Positions 35,034 through 46,300 of a stretch of DNA of 64,000 bases are shown in pieces. The notes below the pieces were generated by a model, which had not been told where the DNA came from, made no database searches, and saw nothing but the letters and a program-made list of their open reading frames with translations. A program made the position numbers and the translations under genes. Position 1 is the stretch's first letter, and each line of letters opens with the position of its first letter. This stretch comes from Convolutriloba macropyga (lineage: Eukaryota), in NCBI RefSeq assembly GCF_964194025.1, contig NC_134481.1, positions 43,338,001 to 43,402,000 on the forward strand, in the 5' to 3' direction.

Positions 35034-38000
35034 GTAATTACGCTCAGTTATGGTCTTTTCCTAAATGTAAACGCTGAAAAACGATCTTTTCCTGAAAATA
35101 ATGCTCATAAAAGGTCAAATTTCAAGTTAATTGGGTATATGGTAGATCGGAGGGGAGAAACGCAATTATAAATATATGTGCTTTTTTAAAACTCTTTCTT
35201 CATTTTCAATAATTTTATCATATTTTAAGAAATTTATAATATTATTAAAAATGTAGAATTTGTTGAAAAAAGCACATATTTTACAAAAACATTTCTCCCC
35301 TCGGATAGGCCTGTATTGCCATATACCCATTACTCTCATGCATAAAAAACGCAAAAAAAGGCTTTTTCCTAAAACTAACGCTTAAAAACGATCACTTCCT
35401 ATGTCGAAGAACGATCAAAGACGTTCAAGTTGGTCAAAAAAAAACATTAAAAATGGTTTTGGATGTTTTACCCTAAAATTACCGATCAAAATCAATCATT
35501 TTTTATGTTTTTTTTGGACAAAATTTCAAGTGGGGAAGCGTACCCGGACCCTATTCCCAAAAAAATATTTCAGTACTTGCTAACTCATATCTCAAATCTA
35601 AATCATCAAACCAGTACAAAAACAAGTATCTCAATTTCAATTCAAATCCTGTCCATATCAACGCCACAGTACTCTTTCCCTGGGTGAGGCCGTGGAGTTA
35701 TGACTCGAAAGAACGTCGTCTGTGGGGTGTCATTTCGGGTCGTTAAATACACGGTCCCGTATAAATTTAATGACCCCGTAATTCGATTAATTAATCTGGT
35801 ATTTTGGGAACTGTGACCCGGTCTTCCCGGGTCGAGGTTTTTGGGTAAATTTTTGTAAGAAGTGCGGTGATTGCGATGAATGCGGTGAAAATAAATAATT
35901 CGCCACATTTCACCGCATTTCTTACAAAAATTCACCGCGAAATTCACCGCATTTCTTACAAAAATTCACCGCATCGACTTTTGTGGCAAAATAATGTAAG
36001 AAATGCGGTGAAGGCGGTGAATGCGGTGAAAAAAAAATAATTCAACACATTTCACCGCATTTCTTACAAAAATTCACCGCATTTCTTACAAAAATTCACC
36101 GCATATGATTTCCAAAGTTTACTCAATCTGATTTAAATTCACAAGAAATATCAAAGACTAAAGTGACAGTTGGCGCAGTGGACTAAGAAGTTGAAGGCAT
36201 CCAGGACGGAAGAAGTTCGAACCCGTGCGGGGACGATTCTTTTTTGTAAGCATAATGAGAACACGGTGAAAATAAATAATTCACCGCGATTCACCGCAAA
36301 AGGATGTAAGAAATACGCGGTGAAAATTATTTTTTCTCAGCGAATTTCACCGCATTTCTGACAAAAATTAACCGCCAAACCTTGACCCGGGTTTCAAGTT
36401 ATTCATCTGGCGTTTGGAATCATAAATCGTTATACTTCGAATCATTCAGCCCGTACTTGATGTGGTTCATACTTCCACCAGCTCACCCCGGGTTCCCTGT
36501 TTAAACAACAATCATCGTCTTCCTCAATTCAATATTCTCAGCGTTTTCCATATCAGATAAACTGTTTTATTGTGGTTTTCTAACATTCACGGGGTTTGGT
36601 ATATCTGGCTCTGAGCAAGCAAAGTCTCTTATGCCTGTTACAGTTGTCTGTTCGGTCTCAATCGCAAGTTGAAAATTCTGATGGCCCTGGCCCAGGGTAG
36701 TCAAAATCTGTTCCATCTAGACCCTGCGGTCATGGCAAAGGTCCGTCCAGCAACCAACTGTCTTGCGTCGTTAATGTCATCTTAGGAAAAAAAAAACTGG
36801 ATAAGGAAAAAAAATTTTTCTACAATTGGATTTCTGAAAATTTAGTTTACATCAATCTGTGGATTTTAGCATTCAAAATATCTAAGCTTATCTCGAGTCT
36901 ATGCATAATTTTTCGTAGAATCAATATCTTTACGGTGGAGGTTTTTGGAAGCGCTTACCCATAGTCTTTAATTAGAAGCAAATCAGAAGGCAGAAAGCGC
37001 AATTCAGACAGAACGCGAAATGTCTCGATAGGGGTTTTGCTTTCAGAACTAACCGCAATCCGTCTTTGCTGCTATGTAGACTTTATAAGAGCTATTAAAC
37101 CATTGAATGCTCGGTTCAACACTGTTGATTTGTCGCAAAAAATAGTCGCAAAAAATGGAGGAAAAACAAGTTGCAGTAGATGAGAGTTGCAGAGAAACAG
37201 GACAAAAGAGCTGTATTGAAACACCCAGTAATTAGATTAGCTGAAAAGACAATCCTGATAGCAGAAGCGTTGATGACTTTTTCAAATTTGCAAAAAATTT
37301 GGGTATAAATGTGGAGTCAGAAACGTGCAGCAGTGTTAATATACAAAAAAACTCCCTTTCGCTCTCAAATAGTTTCAGAAAATCGTTTTAAGATCTTCTA
37401 TCGTTTTAAGATCAAGAAAATCGTTTTAACGATTTTCTTGATTTCATACATTTTCGACTGGTAATTGGTGCGCAATAACGCCCAATAGTGTCCGATTTCC
37501 TTTAATTAATGCAAGAATCAGATACGATTTAATCTCATTCAGGGATCATTTTTGATTTCTTATGTTCCATGCAAGGATCGTACTAGGAAATGCGTCTTGA
37601 TTTGTATGACATCATATATGATCCTTGTATGGAACCAAGGAAGTGGTGACCCGGGTAAATAATGATGCAGAAGAAAAGTAACTCAAAGACCTTCATGTAT
37701 TGCCATCCAACCGTGATCTTACTAGATAACCTTAAGCCATCTCATTCCATGAATCTATTGTTCTTCAATTTCAAAAGTGTTGTGCACAGCAACGTAAATT
37801 ACCCGAACCTGATGCCAAGCAAAAATATCTGCCAATAAAACCAATTCAACGGTCAAATGATATTCATTGACAAGAGAGCTCCACCTGTTGAAACCATCAT
37901 TAACCAACACATGACAGAGCTGATAAGGATAAGAAAACCGACAAGAGTTTCATATCGGTTCTGCTTAACCAAATTCTCGATACGAACAAGATGCCTAGTT

Positions 38001-40260
38001 TTTTGACCTATAAAACCGTTATTTGTTGAAACTGTTATCTTACGGTACCTACTTGCTGACAAAAAGTCAGAATCAAAAAATCTTTCTTAAAAAGAATATT
38101 TGCTGTAACGAAATCAAATTAGCAAAAGGCAAAAGATGATCTATATTATTGAAAAATTGAGAGGGGCCAAAATTTGATCTTGTGGCAGCAAAAAATGTGG
38201 TCATTGTATTAATTCAATCTTGCTGTAAACAATTGTTTTCTTGAATATCCCATGGCATGAAAGTCGATGACAAACTTAACACTAATTAACCATTCAAAAA
38301 GTAGTGTAAACTATTTACAAAATCAGCTGATGGTCTTTGCAAATCAACCAAAAAAGCCATAAGAAAACATTTTCTTCTAGATCACTCAATTCTCAACTGA
38401 AACCGTTAATATCAAATAATTCTCAAAAGAAAGAAACAGAAGCAGCGTTGTGATATTTGGCTCACTTTTATCAACTTTAAAAAAATGGCAGAAAACAAAA
38501 AAGAACTGGTTAGATAAAAAATTTTTCAACCTTTCGAATTTGATGAATGAGTATTTTAATTTACGACCGCCATTTCAAAATACGCAGTAAACTTAATTGC
38601 AAATTATGCCAATTAAATCAACTGTTTTTGAAAACTAAAATTGCTCCTAACAATACAAAAATGCCCAATGTTAACCACACTGATTCAAAAACAATTAAAA
38701 TTTTTAATAGGAAATAAAATAAAAACAATTAAAAATGAGACTTTAAATAAATAAAGCAACTGAAGTCTCAATAAAAGAGCGGGAAAAAATCGACAAAGAA
38801 CAACATCAACCTCACTTTTATAACAATATTTGAATAACTTGCACCTGCAAATAAAATCTACATAAGAATAATATTAATAACAATTTTGAATTCAACCAAA
38901 CATGGTTACAACCTTTTGGTAGTCCCCATATTAGGGGAGAAATCAAATTGCAATAATTAAAATTTCTCGAAAAAATTTTCCATCCTGAAGGGTACCTTTT
39001 ATTTTAAATCATTTCAATGCCTCCCCTTCCAAAAAGTTCTTCACTTCTCTTCGAAACTGACATGGATATTTGTGTGGTGAATAGTTAGAAAAACTGTTAA
39101 GTTGAGACAAAGAATTATTGAATCTATTAAAGTAATTATCTTCAGAACGCTTCCGAAATGTTTTTCTGACTTCAAAAAAAAACTTTTCACTTGGTCTGGT
39201 CTTTGGACAACCAAAAGTTATTGACCGGTGGTCTGATGCATTCATGAAAGTTAAGCCCACTAAAATCTTGTTAAGCAGAATTAGGTCGTTAACAACTAAA
39301 AAAAACTGACTGGCAAGTTAGATTTTGTGAACTTAGATTTTAAAACAAATTGCAGATACAATAACAGTGAATCATGAACGTCATATACCAAAATAATTAC
39401 AAAAAATGAAAAAATTTTGTTTAAAAATGCAGTCTTAAAAGTAGCAGCAGGAAAGCGGTTACTCTGGAAAGAAAAGAGCGTCAAATTCAGGGAACGAAAC
39501 AAATGGAAAGAAGACAGAAAATGAGATTAAAATTTTCATATTTTTGCGGATTATGCGCAAAAAATGTAATGCAACAAGAATTTTTCCGAGATTAAACAGG
39601 AGATATTTTTGTGTTTTTTTAGTATTGAAAGTCTTTTAAGCAAGGCTCTGCTTGCTCCGAGTTTCGAACTGTTTTGTTATATGTTACCTGTTAAAGATTT
39701 ATGCTGAAAAATACATCGACAAATTAGAAAACAAAAAGGATGAAAATTGAACGGATTATGCTGAAAATGTTCCTTTTTTCGAGCGACGAAATTATGAAAA
39801 CAATTTGGTGCAACTTTCAATTTTTTAGAAGTGCAAACAAGAGTTTTTTGAGACGAGCGGTGAATATGCCGCAAAATGACAAACTAAAAAACTCAAAGAG
39901 TGTGCAGGAAAATGTCCATAGGTTTTAAAATTAGTGCGGAAATGACGCAAGTATTGAGAAGAAAAAAAACCTGAAACAGGAAATCGTAGACGTGTTGAAT
40001 TTATGTAAGAGATGTGCTGACAGATTTGCTTCATTTTGTGTGAGATAAAAACATTGACAGCGTAAAAGCAATTGTTTTTTCTTAAGATATTCCTTATATT
40101 TTTCTTTAAAGAATAACATTTTTTTCAAAACGAGAGAAAATGCGTCGCTAGAGTAAAAGTAATCGTTATTTTTTTAAGAACGTTCTTTTTAAAAGTGACG
40201 TTTTATTAAAATAACAAGGAAACTGTAGTAAAATTACGTGGACCGTATAAGAGCAATCGC

Positions 40261-40333
<73 letters not shown>

Positions 40334-43300
40334 TATATTTCAAAAACATAGGCAACTATGAAAGCAACCGTTTTCATCATGACGTGGTTTTTGCTTTTTA
40401 GAATGGCCAGTTGCTCTGCTGGGAGATTTCCATATTGAGGGGCCAAAAACACAGATCCAATTGGTTGACTTCAAAGTGTATCCGGAGTAAGTTAACTTAG
40501 TTTACTGAAAACTGAACACTGAGTCTAAGGTCTCCTGATTGAATACAGCTTCATATCTGGGGTGGATTTATGTAACAATTAATTTTAAAGTCATGAAAAA
40601 CTTTCGCTATCAATTAAAATCAATAGATAGGTTCCATTTTTCATCCATGAGAAGCCGCAATGACCTGCAATTATTTAGAATTCTTCACAGCACTACAAAA
40701 ATAGCGACAAATAAAGATAAAAATAGGAAATTCCATCAAATTCCGCTGGAAGACTGTGTCGAAGCCGTCATAATCTTGTCCTATTCACTAAAAAAATGGA
40801 TATGTTCGATTGTGCATTACTTGTCCTGTCAATATAAACTTTGACCTGTCAATATTGTGACAAGACAAGAAAAGGAACCTCAAAGTTTGGAAAATGACCT
40901 AGAAAAATTTTATAAAAAAGAGAAAGTTTATTTTTTAATTAAATAGTAAATTTTAACTTACGTAATCTGTAATCTGTACGACACATTGAAATGATTCGAC
41001 GCGAGATAAGTTTTCGAATTCTCCAGGGGATATAAGCAGTCCAAACTTCTATATGAACTTTCACTGGATTCGATCCAGCATCCCTTTCTTGCAAGCCTAG
41101 TTCAAACCATTAATTTTATACTTTTCCAGATGTTGATTGAATAAAACATCAGTTGCCTTTCAGTTATAACAGTGATCCGCAATTCACGAAGCACAAAACT
41201 ATAGGTCAAAGTCGAGTTTTTACCGCTACTTAAAAGGCTTTTATACATACTTTAAAATCTTGCAGACTTTAAAACAGGCGATTCGGTCGAATATTATCAC
41301 ATTGAAAGCCGACAACCCGATCGCGCTCTAACAGCAATGGTCAAACCACGACCCTTCCATAGAGTCTTGAAAAACTACGTACGTGTGGCCTGAGAAATAT
41401 GATCATAGCCCCGCCCGTCGTCTGGGTAGTCTTATCATAGCACGGCCCAGAGTCTGGATAGTCTGATCATAGCGTTGCTTAGAGTCTGGATAGCTTCGTG
41501 ATATAATCTGGACAGCCTGAACGAAGACCATTCCAGTGTTCAGATCCCCTTGCAGATCCGATCCTAAAATTTCTGCTCTAAGCCAAAAGGATCAACGGGA
41601 AAACGACCAGAAACAGAAAAAAATATCAATGATTATAATCACTAATTTAAGGTTAAAGGTGTCACTGAGGGGTACCACCAGTACGCGACCCAAGTGGGTG
41701 CGGCACAATCATTGCGCGACCAAAGTTAGTCTGTAACGTCAAGTGCACAACCAAAGTAGGTCTGGCAACCAAATGGATCTGATACCCACGTGTGCAACCC
41801 AAATCGAACTGATCATAGCTGGCTTGATTTGGATAACCAAATTTAGCTTGTCGGAAAAATCGCCAATGACAAATATTCCTAACAACGCAATATTGGAGAC
41901 AATATTACTCTAAATCAAACTTACATTTTAAAAACAATTTTTACACCCCCGGGTCGAATGTCCTCCCTAAAATCCTCCCATTTCGTTGTAAGAGGGGGGG
42001 GGGGGGTAATTTGTCTATGGGGGTAAATTGATGTTAGAGTGTGGGGGTATTTTGTTCAGAGGGGGTAAAATGAATTAAGAGTTGAGCTGGCAAGGGGGTA
42101 AAATGGTGTAAGAGTGAGGAGGTAGTTTGTTTAGAGCGGGTAAACGGAGGTAAGAGCTGGACTGCCAATGGGAGTAAAATGGTGTAAGAGTTTGGGGGTA
42201 ATTTGTTCTGAGGGGGGTAAAATGATGTAAGAGTGATGTAAGAGTGGGGCTGTAATGGGAGGATGTTTTAGGAAAATGCAGCTCAAAACGTCAAGCTCTT
42301 ACGTCTTTTTGGGCTGCATTAGGCTTTTAACCGGGGTAACATGGTGTAAGAGTGAGGGGTTAAAGAAATTAACCCCCCAATCTTACATCTTTTTGTCTGT
42401 CAAGGGGGGTAAAATGATGTAAGAGTTCAGGGGTAATGGAGAAATTACCCCGGAACTCTCACATCATTTTACCCTCCCTTGACAGACCAAAAAGATATAA
42501 GAGGGGGGGATTAACTGTCTTTTACCACCTCACTCTTACACCATTTTACCCCCGTTGGAAGCCTAATGCAGCTCGAAAAGAAGTAATGGCTTTGAGCTGC
42601 ATTTTCCTAAAAACTCCTCCCATTGCAGCCCCACTCTTACATCATTTTGAGCGGAAAAATCCGAGCCATTATTCTACAATAGCCAGCAAATGAAATTATG
42701 GTATAACAAAATTGTAACTAGCAAGCCACCCCAAAATAAAATTGATGAACTCAATCAAGATCCCAATTTGTTCAAATCTTTCCTCTCTCTCTCTCTACTT
42801 TTTAACATACGTGTCAACTTAGATTTTTAGTTGAAAAAAACTTGAAATATATCACATCTTGAGACAAATATCTTTTCATTGTGAAACTTGAAAGAAGTTC
42901 ATCGACTTTAAAATAGGATTTCTGGTAAGTGAAAGTTGCGCTTTATCTGAATTTTATATTCAGGTAAATCCACTAGTGTGTCCCTTCCCATTATAGCCCT
43001 CTACGAATTTATAGCCCCCATTATGATATAATTACCATGATTGGGGGCAGTAGGCTATCTAACCACTAAGCCAGGGGGGGGGCTATAATGCGAAAGACAC
43101 CCCTAGTGTAGGGTCTGAAACTGTTCGAACAATGTTTTAAAAATTTTTTTAGAACTGTGATATTAAGTTGGAGAAATCTGCTTCAAAATGTTTTTTCTCG
43201 TAAGACTAGGGATCGCTAACTTACTTTTTATATTGAGTATACATTTTCGCGGTAAAAACTCTTGAATGTGAGAGCAGAAGTACATGATATTGCAGTCGCT

Positions 43301-46300
43301 AAGTTGAAAACTCCTTGGACTAAAACGAAGGCTGTAATTTCAATTTGTAAAAATCAAGAGCCTAACAATAAGTACACAATAATTGGGATGGGGATTACAT
43401 ATCCAGAGTTTAACAGCTGCCATCCAAAAACTTTGCAAGAGTCTTATCAAATTGAAGACAAAGTCAGCCCAGATTGTGGAGAGTTACCCAAAGCAAAGGT
43501 AATTACAACAATCGTTTTATTAATTTTTAAACCGCGGGCAAAGTACTTTTAGTCAAAGTCTAACAATCAGATTTAATCAAGTTTCTGTTTGGTGTTGGGT
43601 ATTGGCCCCTCTTGGTCACCACCCATAAAACTTATTTTCTTTCCTTTTGCGAATGAGTTCGTAGCGGCCTCACACTCTACCTGTTTTTTTATAGCTCTGC
43701 AGAATTTGCCGTGATAATAAATATTGGAACTAGTTTGTACCCTCAATCATGCGCGTGAGTTTTTTTAACGGAATTATGAATACAGAGAGCCAAATATCGG
43801 AATTCTTTTTCAGATAAATTTCAAGTTTTAGCTATGATCAGCCGTTTTTTCGCGTTGATCAATTTTCGACACAACCGGGTAACCAGAGCCGATGGTCATC
43901 TAATCGTATTTATCTCCGAGTGGGTGGGTCTATTCATTTAGAGAACTCAAATGCAATGAGCCTTTTTGCAAAAGTATGTTGTTTTACAAACTCACAATAA
44001 AATCTAAAATTTAAAATCAGTATCAAAAATTTTTTCAAGATTCAAGATTCAAGATTCATAGACATCGAGCCCATTCTAAAACTCTTCATTTCAATTTTAG
44101 AGTTTTAGTGTACAAATAAATTTAATAGAATTGCGTCTCTTAGCTCCACCAACCAGTATCCAAAACGACTGCATAATCTGAATATTCAAAATCGACAAAT
44201 ATTGTTTTCTATTATGAAATACGGAATTATTACATTCCTATCGCTAAAAAACTTTTTTGCATTCACATAAATTTCGAGCGCCACTATCATACGCTTGACT
44301 TTCAATTGTTGAAGTCCCTATTTTTAACACTGAAAAAGAATATCAAAATTGCATTGTGGAAGCTGTGCATTTCCGAAAACTAAATATTTTGTGTTGATTT
44401 AGAATTGAACCAACTCTCTCCATGCCCCTTTTCTCTTCATGCTCGTGACCTGTTTTCGATCCCTCTCGTCTAATTCTCCAGATAGATTTTTGGATAAATT
44501 TCTAGCTTTTTCGAAGAACTGAAATTGACCCTTTTCAAAGCCAATTATAGATAAATTGGTCATAATGCTATCACTTGATTTTCTTTTTTCGTTCCAAGGT
44601 TGATTATCTTTAAATAAATTTGATGATGCTTTGTAAAAAGAATAACTTTTTTCTATTTTTTCCAATAACATGAAAAGATTTTTATAAAATGTGTTTCCCC
44701 AAACATATTTCCTGAGGAACAAATTTGAAATTGCCATTTGAAAGAGCTCAAAATGACAAGACACTAATCTAGCAGTAAACTCACGACACGCCACCGAATG
44801 GTTATTGTGTAAGATCTTGAAAAATTCTCACAGAGGTTTTGAAGAGGATACATCATTTTGCAGGAATATGTGTCAGAGCCTTACACGATATTAAAAACGA
44901 CCTGTTAACAAACGTATTGGTTCCCTTATAATATTTTTCACATTTAGAGGCCTGAAGATCTGAAATTAACCCTATTCATTGCTAATTATAGATAAATTGG
45001 TCATAATGCTATCACTTGATTTTCTGTTTTATTCTAAGATTGACTGACTTTAAACAAATTTGATGTTTTTTAAAAAAAAATTATTGTTTTTATTGTTTTC
45101 AAATATCATGAAAACTTTTATAATATTTGTTTCCCCAAAAAAGTTTCGTGAGGAATCAGATATGAAATTGTCATTTAAAACAGCTCAAAATGACAAGACA
45201 CTAATCTAGCAGTAAACTCACGACTCATCACCGAATGGTTAGTGTACATGATCTTAACAAATTCTCACAGAGATTTTGAAGAGGATGCATCATCTTGCAG
45301 GAATATGTGTCAGAGCCTTACAAAATATTTTTTAAAAATGATCTGTTAACAAACGTATTGGTCCCTTTAAATCTTTCTTTGGATATTTAGAGGCCTGAAG
45401 ATCTGAATTTAACCATATTCAATGCCAATTATAAAAATTAGTCATATTGCTGTCACTTGATTTTCTGTTTTATTCCAAGGTTGACTAACTTTAAACATGT
45501 TTGATTTTGCTTTGTAAAACAGAACACTTTCTTCTATTGTTTTTAACTAATATGATTCGTTTGTTTATTGCAATTCCCCAAATATTTTTAGGGATTAAAA
45601 TTCAATATTGTCATTTCATTTTGCAAGAATCTTACAAAATAAACATTTGTCTTGCAAGAGAATTACATAATAGACATCTTTTGCATGAATATTGTTACAT
45701 CTTACAAGATAACCAACTCCTCTCATCCCGGTTGTCGCAAAAACTTTGATTGAGAGGCTTTGTTAACAATTATTAATCTTTTTCTTCAAAAGTTTTCCAG
45801 GGCAATAACAAAAACTGTTATCCGGTAAAACTGCAGTTTCATCGCTAGGCTGATCTACTTTTGTTTTCATCATCTAAACGTCATTTTTCATTATTTTAAT
45901 TTTGGGCTCATTATAGGCGATGAAACCAGTGTAAAAGATGAGGGTTTGGAGTGAAAATGTTGATAGTTACACAGGTTGAGGTGCATAACGAGCGCACATG
46001 GGGTGGGGGTGAACTGCGTCCAAAATTACATATGTAATTTTGAGCGCAAATCACCGCCACCCCCTGTGCGCTCGACGATGGTCTGGTCAGCGATCGCTTT
46101 GTTCTGGGACCTCAACATGTGCAACAATCAACATTACGAATCATCATCTTTTACACTGGCTTCATCGCTTCCCATGTTGAGGTCCAGGCCCAAATTTTGG
46201 TCTGATCAGACTTTCCAGACCAAAATTATCTCCGATCAGACTTTCCAGACGAAAATTAACCCTGATCAGACTTTCTAGACCCAAGTTATCTCTGATCAGA

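Noticed and set aside
36163-36235. Functional tRNA gene
   Set aside because: Acceptor, anticodon and T stems do not pair well; kept only as tRNA-like
37660-38900. Possible highly decayed LINE remnants (also ~3900-6000 and ~50100-51200), suggested by A/T strand skew
   Set aside because: No diagnostic RT or endonuclease motif could be read by eye
40234-40452. ORF with YIYIYI repeat (also 54034-54342)
   Set aside because: Translation of (TA)n microsatellites
44399-44794. 131-aa minus-strand ORF
   Set aside because: Overlaps the 440-bp tandem repeat; frame not preserved in the other units
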